In this document: piece by piece, positions 52,307 to 64,000 of the stretch | Layout of the letters: the number at the start of each line of letters is the position of its first letter | How positions within the stretch are numbered: the first letter of the stretch is position 1 | Origin: Cenococcum geophilum | Taxonomy: Eukaryota | DNA: 64,000 nt | NCBI GenBank assembly: GCA_050273025.1 | Contig: CP158635.1 | Span: forward strand, 620,001 to 684,000 | Reading direction: 5' to 3' | Made by a program: the position numbers and the translations under genes | Notes under the pieces: generated by a model | What the model saw: only the letters and a program-made list of their open reading frames with translations | What the model was told of the DNA's origin: nothing | Database searches by the model: none

Positions 52307-53899
52307 TATAGAGACCTTATTACTAAGCGCGACCCCCCATTTCACATGCCTTCTATTGCACATGCCTGACGCGTCGCGCACGACCCCGCAGTTGTCGAAA
52401 TCGCACCGAAGTCCGTCGCGCCTGTGGTGACCGTCGGCGCGATGTCGGTCATTGCTGTCGGGGAGACTATGCGGATTGTAAAGGCTATTACGAAGTTATG
52501 AAAAGAGCACACAGCAGCCAGGTTGGGCTGGGCTGAGCTGAACGGTTATCACAGGGCGATCTGCACGGTCCGTTGTGATGTAGAAGTACCTTGGTCACAG
52601 AGGCGCCGAGACATCCTTAGGCACGCTCCAAAAATCCCGCAACCCTTTCTACTAGTGGAACTGGTTTGCGCCCAGACTCTTGCGACCACTCTGGTCGCTG
52701 CCGTCACATAAAAGTGCAGCTGCACTCGGTGACAATGGTAGGCTTGTCCTTTATCCAGTGAACACGAGATATAACAAGGCAAGTCGCAATTAACACGTGC
52801 GGGGATTGTCAATTTAGGTAGAGACCATACCTTCATCCCACACAGCAAACTATAATGATCTAAAAGAGCTTTGAAGATAGGACTACCCAGAAGGATTTGC
52901 ACTCGTATCAATGCTGTGCTGTTTAAGTAACTTTCCGGCCTGGCAGCTCTGTAGCTGACCGACTTGCATTTGTGAACCCGTGAGTGACAATCGGTTCGTT
53001 TTTAACGGGGCATTCGGCTGCAGAACTGTGTCATTCCCAGGATTGCGCAAGGCGCGGTAGAGTGTCCACAGCATGCAACGGTGCTGTCCTGAATCCTGCC
53101 TTCCATGGCGGCAGGTACTTGGGCTGTTCATTCGTAAGAAAGAAAATGCGCTAGCCACGCCCAGTAAAGCCGAAGCCACAATGCATTCCCCAAGTTCTCC
53201 GGTTCCCCGTCTTCGAATCCCCGCTGCAGATAATGTTGAAACTTTAATCTAATGGGACTGAATAAAGGTGCATCTGACAGAAGTGATCCGCTTACGGCCT
53301 CCACGCATGAGCCTTGGGCGCTAAGGTCTGATTTATTGGCTAAATATAGGTAAGCGTTCACTCACATTTAAGTTGAGTGTGCCCTAAAATTCCTGCAAAA
53401 GCGCCACGGCTGCATCTTTCACACAAAGCACTTAGTCTGGCTGCCTTCTCTACTCTCCTAGAAGACCTTTAATCAACACGTCATGTGTTCAAGCGATAAA
53501 GTTTGTAGATCCCTAGAGAAATAGCGTTGGTTCCATAGGCGCATTCTAGCCCAACGCCGCGCACGCCAAAAGGAATACTACTCTTCTCCTCTGCTTACAT
53601 AGGGCATTCAGATATGGGCCTCTAGAGTTCTGCAGCATAGGTCTACGGTATTATACCAGCTGTGGCCTTCCCGGCCGCATATCTCGGGCGTGTCCGGTCT
53701 CATACGGTCTCTAGCTCTGTGACCGAACCTTCAGACTTGCTCAACAGGCTGCTTCCAGTGTCCATCGCCAGGGACACTCCGATACACCGCTTGGACCGCA
53801 AGCCACTTGGATCCAATAAGCCTTTCCCCTAGGATGTGCCGTTCCGGCAAACACGAGTATGTAACCTACAAAAGAAAGTCGCTTTTAAGTTCAATGTCC

Positions 53900-54404
53900 A
53901 GGTTCTTCATACGCCATTCATTTACGGCTTCAAGGGATAATAGTATGTAAGGATGCCCGGGGCCGAGAACCCGCTTCCCTAGTTGGAGGTATTTTTCCAT
54001 GAAGAAAACAGCCTCTTCGTCACGACCTTGGCCGCCATGCTGGTCAGCGTGGAAGGATGCTCCTCCTTAAGCACCCTCTTTCTTATCTCCATCACTTGCA
54101 CCCCCAGCTCTTTAGCCTCCTTCCACCGCTCCTGATTCCAGTACGTCGACGCCAGTATACCAATGCTGGCGAGCGTTTCTACGGCGTTTGTTCCTATAAC
54201 CTTCCTTGCTCTGATGGCCGCTTTCAGCATCCTCTCTGCTTCACATACTTCCACGCCTCTATAACATACCACACCGTCTTATATAGTATAGAGGTCTCCT
54301 GTTGCAGCGAACCTTTAGAAGTTGGCTTATGTGCTTCTGCTAAATTTGCCTGAGGAAGAGTGTGTGGCATATTATTTAGTTCTCGTGCCTCTCTAAGAAA
54401 AGAC
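53900..54404 (-). pseudogene. Degenerate TPR (kinesin-light-chain-like) region of a fungal NLR-type gene
   Basis: LASTYWNQERWKEAKELGVQVMEIRKRVLKEEHPSTLTSMA, then ..KRVLGPGHPYILLS in another frame. Frameshifts present; no NB domain or start codon. Confidence 0.8.
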
Positions 54405-54412
54405 TTCTCAAC

Positions 54413-54828
54413 CAGTGATGTCAATGGTTAGGTTACTCTTTGGATTGGTTCGGTTTAAGCAAAATCTTGAGAGTAACCGGTTCGTCAATTTGATTAGCTC
54501 AATTTGGATCGGTTATTAGATATTTTGATAAACCGGTTATCCAGTAAAACCAGATAGCTCTGGCTACAATACAAAAACGAGCCTCTGCAGGAGCCTCTGC
54601 ATAAGCACCTACTAAGCCTTACCCTACGGGGATAAGCGCCACCCCTAAATAGAGCTAGCTTCTGCCAAGGCCAAAAAACACGCTAAAACACGTAAATAAA
54701 CACTTGAAAGACGTGTTATCTGGTTAATCCGGTTTAACCGGTTCTGTAACCGGTTCAAGCCTCAAAATTGTATTTTGGATTGGTTTTGGCCTCATTCCTG
54801 AAACCTAACCTAACCGTTGACATCACTG
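54413..54828. mobile_element. hAT-type MITE (416 bp)
   Basis: TIRs CAGTGATGTCAAYGGTTAGGTT; perfect 8-bp TSD TTCTCAAC (54405-54412 and 54829-54836); subterminal AACCGGTT-like motifs. Confidence 0.93.
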
Positions 54829-54898
54829 TTCTCAACATAACGTAAACCATTACCAATGGCAAAGAAACTACGTACTGCTTCCTTCCTCCCTCCACCCG

Positions 54899-55060
54899 TT
54901 ATAAAGGCACCAATGACCAGCGCGCCTTCACTGCCCCAGGCGTCCGATCTGGGAAACGTCTAAATATATCATCCCACCCCATGCCCATCTTGTCCTTGTA
55001 TAAGCGTAAGCGCTCTTCGTCCGACTCTAACCAAGGCAGACGCGCCCGTTTTCGTTCCCT
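54899..55060 (-). pseudogene. Myb/SANT-like domain fragment
   Basis: RARLPWLESDEERLRLYKDKMGMGWDDIFRRFPDRTPGAVKARW shows the spaced W..W..R..RW Myb pattern. The upstream frame is broken. Confidence 0.65.
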
Positions 55061-55709
55061 ATGTCTTCATCTCCATTCTCGTCTCCCTCTTCCAGTCCAC
55101 ACTTCGCCGCGTTGAGCTTCGACTAGCACATGGATTCGGCACACCATCATATCGGTATCCCGGTAACCAGTGGTCCCGATAATATTTTTATTCATTGCTT
55201 CTTAACGATATTGTTGGTTACACAAGGGGGATATCACGTAGCTACGGTTCGTAGATAGTATGATGATTGTTCTGTGTTCTTCTTGAAGAAAGGGGTGAGG
55301 AACTTAAGGTTCCTCACCACGCTAGTGCCGCGGCGGCACGTGATGGCAACTTGCCACACGTGACGGCAATATGCCTCATATGGTGACCATTTGCCTTTAT
55401 TCCCAACAGATATATTCATTCATAAGGAGTGATAATAATTAAATATGTTGACGGCCCTTATAAATGAATATTCGTAAAATTATGAATATATATATATAAC
55501 GACTAAAAGCTCTCGTGGTGTAGTAGGAAGCTTTTGTGGTGTAGTAGAAGGATACTAATGTGTAAACGTAAGACTAATTTACACCATACGTTGTAATACA
55601 TACGCAAGAGAGCCGCTGGTGAACGTTGCCTCATTGCAACGGACAATTGCCGCCACCATCAACGAGTCTTTTGGTGCCTGACAAAATGTAATATCAGTTA
55701 ATTGGTATT

Positions 55710-55972
55710 TGTAAGGCAGTATTGCCAGGGTGTACGGTAGGGAGCAGGCAAGCCAAGCATGAGTCACATAGGGAGTCGATGGAAGAGGACGATATGGTAA
55801 TGAGGGTAGGCAATAGCCTAGGTACAGAGAGAGACAAACCGATAGGGGAGGAAGGAGGCTGCAAGCCCGAGGAGCTTATAAGGGGTGGCCAAGGCCTAGC
55901 CGAAGGCTAGCCTTGGCAGCCCCTGAGAGCTCCCGGGATGTAGCCGAGTAAGGGACCAAAAGTACCCTTACA
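55710..55972. mobile_element. Solo LTR (263 bp), not RIP-mutated
   Basis: TGTAAGG...CCTTACA termini with a perfect 5-bp TSD GTATT on both sides. Confidence 0.88.
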
Positions 55973-56441
55973 GTATTCCATATTGTTGCCTGATCCATAG
56001 TTGATACTAGAATCATATACTGTCCTCGTTCCTGGAGAGGATGTCCGGAGAAGACCAGACTGAGTCGCAATGTCCGCTTTGGGCCTAGACTGGTGCCGTG
56101 ATGGGATGACTTCAGTCGTCGCGATGTCCCTATGGGCATGGTGCTCCCGCCCTGTGGTTTAAGACTAGTTCGTGATGGACCGCGCCGTCTTTCATCCTCG
56201 TCGCTCTCCCCAACTTCACTGTTGTCAAATTTTGTTGTGCTAAGAATATACTATATACAATTGGGAAATCACGTGAAAAGAACCACAGCTTTCACAGCGT
56301 ACGTTTCTTCCAAGCACAGACCCTTGCGGCAAGCAGAATGTAACGACCTAGGTATTTTACTAATTTACCCTTTCAGAAGACGAATTCAGCTCCGAGCCAT
56401 CAGTTGGGGCCCGGATGGCTTGCGCTCCATTGCTGTGGCAG

Positions 56442-59400
56442 CTTATCTCATAAATCAGACTCTCGGTGGACCGTGGATATACTATTGGTACGTGCGGACG
56501 GGCATATTGCTCCTTATCACCAATGAATTCTCCGAAAGTCTGAGAGCTTAGTTATAGGCGCAGCTTTGATAGTAACCCATTATTTTAAAAATTAAAAATT
56601 CCTTTTTTTTGTCTTTTTATACCCCACAACTCGAACGTATAAGTTAAAAAAAATTATTTAATGTAATAGATTCTTTAAGTATTTTTATATATTTTTATAT
56701 ATATTATAGCCCTATATCTTTAATATTAAAGGGGGAGATACATTATTAAAAAAGGTAAGTAATTCTCTAAATTTTCTAACCTAAAAACGTGTTCGGTTGC
56801 AATCTGGAGCTATTTCAATCTGACGTTGATCCGTGCTTTCACTGGCGTTAATTAGGGTGTGTTCGGTTGCAATCTGGAGCTTTTTCAATCTGATGTTGAT
56901 CCGTGCTTTCACCGGCGTCAATTAGAAGATAATTAGTGGCGCTTAATCTGGTGGTCGTACTCAATCTGAAATAAAGCCGACTGTTCGGTTGATCATTCTA
57001 ATAAAAAGGCCTTAGATGAGACTTAAAATTAGGCGCCTTCTGCCTAGTCGGATCTGAACGGTGACAGTATGAATTAAGGAGAGGACATTGGAGCGTCTCC
57101 GGGCAGAACCATCCCATAGAACCAGATTACTTAGCAATTAGTAAGCTCGCACGGGCCACTATTGCTAGCGTATAATTAACTTCAAAAAAGCCAGTGTCTA
57201 CCGCAATCTAAATAGCTTAATATTCCACCAACCATATAGCATATATGCTTATCTAAGGTGATAAATTAATAGTCTAGTATACTAACAATAAGCCCTAAAC
57301 GGCTTGTGGAGAACATATCCGTGCGGGGTAAAAAATTAAAGGCTAAAGTCGGAGTATAGAATAGTTAATTTCTAAAGGATTATTACCGCAAATTTATGTC
57401 AAATCTACCTCTTCTAAGCCTATATTAATTTCCTATTACATAATATGGCCGATAGCTCTTTATTTAATATTAATTCGTCCCTTCCTAACCTTAATAAGCT
57501 CCTGCAGACTAGGTGGGCCCGTCTAGCTATTACTACTACATCCGCTGCCCCCTTGGGTACTCCTTTAGCTGCACCTTTTTAAAAACTTAGCAACAGCCAG
57601 AGTAATCCAATTAAGCTCTTTAATACACCACCACCTCGCTAAACCGTCCCTACTCCCTCACACGAGGTTACTTAAGGTCCTTTATAGCTCCGCAAGCCCT
57701 GGTTTACAGTACAGAACCGTCTAATAGCGTCTTAAGTAGATATATAGGCTTCTGCGGAGGAGCCTTTTCCTACTCTACTACCACCTAGAATACCACCCTA
57801 TACCCGCCATAAACGTTAGGCTGCTTCCGTTACCTTAGAATACTATACCACAAGTCCTCTTCTACTATAGCTTTAATTGCTATTGCCAGAAGTTAAAATT
57901 AAGCGTTTAGAGTAAAAGCCGAACCCCTAGTTACACCCAGATTTACTACTAGTAGTAAAAAAGGTAGTTAACTTAATGCCGGCCTAATATCTTTTAGAGC
58001 TATATACGGGTGAAAATTTTAAGGATATTAACGCCGCATTTAATTAATATTAGGACTATACATTCTCTAAAGGTTTCTTTATTGTTAAATTGTCAGTATC
58101 TAGCCTAGATACTCTACGGCCGCGCACTATTTTCGTCTGTAAGCACTATAGCAAGTATACCCGAAACTACCGCAAATTGGACAACTTTCGCGGCAAAAAT
58201 AGCAACCGTTAGCAAGAGGCCACTAAGGTGCACCAGATAAGGTGCGGCTGGACTATTCAGGTGGCCTGGAAACAGCTTATTAAGCATATAGGCTTGGTAT
58301 ATAGGTGGGTGGCGACTCTTACCTATACTAAGTATGGCGATCCAGACAATCCAGAGGCCTATCCGCACGACTTTATTGCTAATCCTCTTACTTATATTGG
58401 CCACTAGGATTAACTACTAGAGGCTAAAGAGGTAGCCGCAGAAGCCTATGCTCTTAGGGTAATACGAAAGACCTATCTTATTACGTAGCGTTAACTTTCT
58501 GCCTAGGAGTTATATATAAGCAAGAAGAAATACTATAGCTTAGCGCGATCGTTAAGCGGCCTTCCTAGTGGAGCTAAGGGCCAGCCGCGGGCGCTTGGCG
58601 TGCTTAAGCTGCTTCTCTACTAGTATAGATTTAAGTACCGGTCTCAATATACCTATATAATTAATCTAGAATTAAGTTATCTAATTGCCCGGAGTCTCTA
58701 GCAGCTTATATTCTAGCTTCCTATTTAGGTAAATTTAGCGCAAAGGTTTATTACCAACTTTAGCTGCTAAATAGACGCTATATTTAATACCAATCGATCT
58801 AAGCTCTTATTAGCTATTATTACTAGCGTTACTAATATGGGGTCCTCTTTTCTAGCAATATAGTTATTTATTAAGAGCGAGTCTTAGCCAGATTAGGCCT
58901 TCTTCCTAAAGTCTACTTAGTAGAAGCTTTAGAAACGGCCACCTAAAGTTATTATTACCAACTTTAGTAAGGGCCTTGCAGCCGCCTTATTAGTAGGGCA
59001 GTTAATTATAGTTATTCTCTAGTACTGCTAGTGGCACGCCATAAAGGCAATAAAGAAGCGGATTAATAAGGGGATTTAGACAAAGGCTAAGAGGCCGTAT
59101 GGCTACTCGGCGGAAGAGAGGAAGGTAGTAAAAGAACTATTTTAGCCCTACCTAAAATCCAAAACAGTAGTAGAGCTTAAAGTCAATCAAAAGGCAGTCC
59201 TAAATAAGCTACACCTATGCGATAAGGTGTGGTTTTAGACTATATACGTTAAAAAGGAGAGCTAGATAATTACCTACTATATTAGGTAAGTTTTAGTAAG
59301 CTTTTAATATTAAGGTTAACTTTTTAGCTGGGAATAAAATGTTACTATAAGGCATTTGAATAAGCTTTACTATAGGCTGCCCTATAGTAAAGCTCATCTA

Positions 59401-61787
59401 AATGCATTATAGCGATATTCTATTTCCCAGCTTAAAAACCTTATTTTAACGTCGACTTTTCCTTAACCGCTTACTCCCTTACTAGATACCTTCCAAATTT
59501 AGGTATAGCGGTAAGCTAACGAGGTAAGGGTATTAATAGAGGGTTAAAATGCTTTACCAATTATTAATTAAGCCTTAAGGATACTATAATTAAGCTAAAG
59601 AAATAGATCTTGATATTGTATAAGGAGTTAATTAAATCCGAATATATGTCCGAAACGTCCCTCCCCCAAATTATTACCCTAGATCTCTTTTAGCACCACT
59701 TCGCGCAAATTAACGGTATAGTAACGCACTATGCGCTTAAGCGAATCTTTAACTCTATATATGGCGCAAGAGCTTTAACAAATAAGGAGAAGCAGGAGTG
59801 GGCTAATTGGGAGTAGAAGTAGGACAACTGCGACTACAAAGACCCCTACCGATATGGCCTCCCCTATTGCTATATACTTATTTAGTGCTTAATATAGAGG
59901 CTTCCTATATCGCCGGCTTTAATCTACCCTTACTAGTATATCGCAATAAAGCTAATTGCCGCTCTAAATTGGCAACCGCGATATATTAAGAATATGGCGT
60001 TCTAAGGCGACCCTCTGCTAGAGCACCTGGAAGCTCTTACTAGGATCCGGCTATTAGTTCTCCGCCTCCTTAATATTATTAAGAACCTTCCTACTAAAGA
60101 AATGGGCGAGCTTACTAGTAAATTTAAAGACTTTAAGGTGGCTTAAATAGCTATTTTAAGTAAACAGGTAGAGCTTCGATCGCTACCTAAGGGCGCTCTA
60201 TTTAAGGTTCCTTCAAAGGCTCACTAGCAGCCACCACCTAAAAAGAAGCACAGTAAGGCTAACCAGCGGGGTAAAACAAGCGCTAAGATTGCTAAACGCG
60301 CTGCTGACGTCACTGTATAAGAGCTCTAAAAGGAAAGGTAGGAGGAGGCCTAGAAATAAAAGGAGCAGGTACTAAGTGGCGGCGTAAATCTTAGCTAATT
60401 TCTAATCCAAAATAAAGAGCTAGCTGACGAAGTAGATATAAATATTAAGGAGGATAAGCAGCAACCGTTTAACGAGCCGTCGGTACTATATAACGAAGTT
60501 TTAAGGGGGTTAAAGGACAAGGTGGTTATTTTAGAAGCGGGGAAGGACGATAACTTATGGCTTAATAACGCGGAAGTACTCCAAGGTACTATATTAGACG
60601 ACCCTTACCAAAATATTAGTAAGAAGGAGCCTATTAAGAACCATTTGGCACCTGCCAATTATTAAGAGCCGCCACCTCTCCTACTCCATTAATCTGGCAG
60701 AGCGGCGCGTACTAAAGCTCGAAGGACCTATACTTAATTAGCTCGTGGTAATTTTATATTAATTATAAGTGATACTAACAAGGGTCCTAGTGATCCTAAG
60801 CCAAAAGAGGTTAGTATTCTGTTGAAATTAAAGCGATCGCGACAGGGAGCTTCTATAGACGTGCATAAGGCCTATAAAGCTAGCGCACTTGCTATTAGGT
60901 CCCCTAAGGCCAAGCGCACGCGTAGTAGTAAAAAGGGAAAGGATCCTGTTAAAATAGACGGCCGAATATTGGAGTATTACATATGTAAATAGTGCTTTGT
61001 TATTTAAATTTAATTTGGCGCTGGCGATAGTGGCCCGTGCGAGCTTACTAATTGCTAAGTAATCTGGTTCTGTGGGATGGTTCTGCCCGGAGACGCTCCG
61101 AGAGGACATCGTATAGGGCCTGCAGCTGCTGCAGTAATACTGTCGTCGGTAAGGGCGGTGACGGTGGGGGCATGGTGGGCAATCGGACGGGCGCACGAGC
61201 AGAGCTCCAGATTCGACTTGACGATTGATCTGGAGAAAAAAGCTCCAGATTGATCTGACGCCAAGAGCTCAAGTTCAACTACTATATACGGTAAAGCGTG
61301 TGAATTTGACACGGTTGCCGATCTGGAGGAGCTCCAGGTCAGAATGTCGCCAGATTGACCGAACAGACACCTCCAGATCAGATTGAGGCTCCAGATCAAC
61401 TCGCTTCTGAAGCCTCCAGATTCAATCTGGAGCTGCAACCGAACGCGCCCTTTAGATAAAATTTAATTGAATATAACCGACTATCTATATCTAATATGTT
61501 ATATAATATAGCTACGACGTTGTTATTTAATGCAATAGATAGAGAAGCTAAAGAGCTCCTACCTTGTAATGTTTTTATAATAATTAGACGTTGTAAAATG
61601 GTTAAGATACGGCAGTGAAATGGGTGATTTTTGGTGTATTTTGACGCTCGGTTATCACCAAAGCTGCGCCCATAAGCTCTCAGACTCTCGGTGGAGAATT
61701 CGTTGGTGATAAGGAGCAGTATGCCCACCAGTGCACGTAGTGCACGTACCAACGGTCCACCGAGGGGGGTCTAATTTATGAGATAAG
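56442..61787. repeat. Outer ~137-bp imperfect inverted repeat pair (56442-56577 / 61650-61787) bracketing the Mutator element
   Basis: CTTATCTCATAAAT..CTCGGTGGACCG..GGGCATA.TGCTCCTTATCACCAA.GAATTCTCC..AGTCTGAGAGCTTA..GGCGCAGCTTTG occurs in opposite orientations. Confidence 0.85.
56785..61450 (+). mobile_element. Mutator-like element (MULE) with RIP-inactivated transposase at ~57445-60760
   Basis: De-RIP motifs IDAxFNTNRSKL, IKSES, VIIT(D)FxKGL, LQYCxWHAIKAI and SWIM C-D-(C)...YGLP(C)C(H). Termini G.GTTCGGTTGCA are inverted; an 81-bp internal IR lies at 57090-57170 / 61019-61099; the left end has a 70-bp-period tandem duplication (56789-56855 / 56859-56925). No TSD found. Confidence 0.85.
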
Positions 61788-61957
61788 TGACAGCCAACCC
61801 CGTACTGCTGAGGTGCACTGTACAACTTTTACATACTAGTACTGTCAACACAGAGGACACGCAGTACTAGGGCAACAAAGCTCATCACCTGCTCAGTTGA
61901 AAGAACTCACTTCATTACCAAATCGTCTTTTCACTCAGTCCAGCACCGCCAATTACC

Positions 61958-63759
61958 ATGATTTTAGAAATTCTTAGTAGTCTGGCGTTAAGCTGCCTTG
62001 CGTGGAGTCTGCTGACTATGGAAATCAACTATCGTCGCGCTTCATCGATGGGAATTCCCCTCGTTCGCCTTATAATTGATCCCCAAAATCTCCTTTGGAT
62101 GGTACTCGAATCGCACCTCTGGCCGTACCTTGACCGTCTTCCTATCAATTTGGGCAACTTTGGTCGCTACGCCCGGAGAGGATGGCACTTTGGCGATAAA
62201 GCAGACTCTCATTTACGATATGGACCAGTTTGGGCGCTAGTTACTCCTGTTGACGTCTATGTCCACGTCGCCGACGCCGACAGTATCCATGATATCTTTG
62301 ATCGGCGGACAGACTTCCTTCGTCCAAGCAAGATGTACAGTAAGTGGGCAATTTAGATTTAATCTTAATGTAAGCAATGTTTAACGCTATTTAGAGCTGC
62401 TTGAAGTCTACGGGCCTTGCATCTCTACTGCGAGTTGGACGGATTGGCCACGCCACAGAAAAGTCCTTGCAACGCCTTTCAATGAAAATATTATGACATT
62501 TGTCTGGGACGAGACTATTCAGCAAACTGGCCAAATGTTGGAATCGTGGACAGGCCCAGCTGTACAGCATATTCGGAGTTTTGCCAAAGATACGCGCACT
62601 CTTTCATTGAACATACTTGCCGCAACGGGTTTCCGTCGGTCCTACAAGTTCCGCAGCGCCAACGAGCCAGCGGCAGATGCTGACCAGGTGGGAAGCTATC
62701 GAGATGCTTTGCAGACGGTCCTGGACAACATCATCATGCTTATGATTTTATCACCCAAGCTGCTCTCTCTCTCTTTCGCACCAGAGTCTTGGCATCGCAT
62801 CGCACGAGCCGCGGCAGATTTCAAAGAGTTCATGATTCACATGCTAGATGAGGAAACAATCGCTTTGAAAGAAGGAAAATCTGGCTCAGGAGGTCTCATG
62901 ACTTCGTTTGTCCGCGCATTAGACATGAAGCAGAAAGAGGACACAAAGGGCAGTGCCAACTCAGCACCCCTTAAGGGTCTAACGGTGGATGAGATCTTTG
63001 GAAACATCTTTGTAATTAACTTCGCAGGTCATGACACCACCGCCAATACTTTGGCTTTCAGCATGCTACTTCTTGCAGCGCATCCCGATGTACAAGATTG
63101 GGTCGCAGAAGAGCTTCAGGAGCTTACACCAGCGAACGAGAAATGGGAGTATAGTTTCCTGTTCCCAAAGCTCAATCGGTGTAAAGCTGTATTGGTAAAG
63201 TTATTCTATGCTTACTCAAGTTGCCTCGCGCTCATTTAGACAGCTTGAGACACTCCGACTATATCCCCCGATCATGTCCCTTCCGAAATGGACCAACGAT
63301 GTCCCACAAAGACTGAAAGTCGGAGATCAAATCATTGTGATTCCCCCTAATACAGGCGTCATGCCTAGTCTACTTTCCGTCCAAACTCACCCTAGGTATT
63401 GGAAAGACCCTCTTGTTTGGAAACCGTCACGCTGGATCTCTAGCCCCGCGGCGCCAACTTCTGAATTTGCTGCTGGATTCCAACGAGAAGTGGTCCTTAC
63501 ACCCGCAAAATGTACTTATTTTCCCTGGTCAGACGGCCCCCAGAACTGCCCCGGTGCAAAGTTCTCTCAGGTCGAATTCGTTGCTGTTCTGGCGTGTTTA
63601 CTGCGGGATCATCGAGTCAATGCTGTTCAGAATCCGGGTGAGAGTTTTGGGCAAGCCCGGATGCGAATTCTGGCTACGGCGGAAGACGTTGATATGGAGA
63701 TGTTGTTGAGGATGAAGGACGCTGATAGAGTATCATTGGTGTGCAAACGCGTTTCGTAA
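61958..63759 (+). CDS. Cytochrome P450 monooxygenase; exons 61958-62339, 62395-63194, 63244-63759; ~565 aa
   Basis: N-terminal hydrophobic anchor; I-helix FAGHDTTA; ETLR; WKPSRW; heme motif FPWSDGPQNCPG. Two GT-AG introns join the three ORF-track pieces in frame. Confidence 0.96.
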
Positions 63760-64000
63760 ACAAAGACAATGAGTATTAAAAGATGTTTGGGCGGCAATGC
63801 TTCTATAAAATAGTCTATCGTCATAGGTTACTGCGAAGTATCGACATCAGCGGTAGTGACTGCGGCTGTTTGCCAGGACCCGAAATTGGACCAGTGATGG
63901 AATTGGGCTGGGTTAATTCAGGAGCTCCATGGTGGAGGCGTATTTTGACTGGACTGGATCCTGTCGATTTAATTGGTTGGATAGAGTGGATTTAAAGCTG

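Noticed and set aside
52500..53400. Short ORFs of 60-120 aa in the intergenic region
   Set aside because: No motifs or coherent exon structure; an old gene remnant cannot be excluded but is not supportable.
56132..61752. Two ORFs sharing GILLLITNEFS.ESLRA, suggesting paralogs
   Set aside because: The similarity comes solely from the outer inverted repeat.
1..64000. Starship/captain tyrosine recombinase, Helitron, rRNA or tRNA genes
   Set aside because: No such motifs were recognised by eye; nearly all repeat DNA is explained by the elements listed.

Overview
Filamentous-ascomycete (Pezizomycotina-type) genomic DNA, judged from the fungal introns, the RIP signature and the transposon families. 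Bases 1-47,525 are a TpA-rich, RIP-destroyed block of nested transposons whose order can be rebuilt from LTRs and target-site duplications (TSDs). A basal minus-strand Gypsy (A) hosts Gypsy B, Copia C, a long-TIR MITE and a GalEa-type Copia F. Copia C contains Gypsy D, which contains Gypsy E. An inverted D-family LTR is split by Copia G, which carries a hAT element. A Tc1/mariner remnant and a gag-only LINE-like element open the window. The remaining 16.5 kb holds two intact genes facing away from each other: a Ppo-type fatty-acid dioxygenase-P450 fusion (47775-51054, minus) and a 3-exon cytochrome P450 (61958-63759, plus). Between them lie MITEs, a solo LTR, TPR and Myb pseudogene fragments and a RIP-mutated Mutator element inside nested inverted repeats. 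The most notable observations are: (1) Gypsy D and E each carry an antisense, intron-containing accessory gene with a six-Cys Zn-cluster-like motif between pol and the 3' LTR; (2) Gypsy E has a 43-bp target duplication plus a primer-binding-site (PBS) tail instead of a 5-bp TSD; (3) the Ppo P450 domain lacks the usual I-helix Asn. All transposon translations were done by eye with RIP reversal and no database search.
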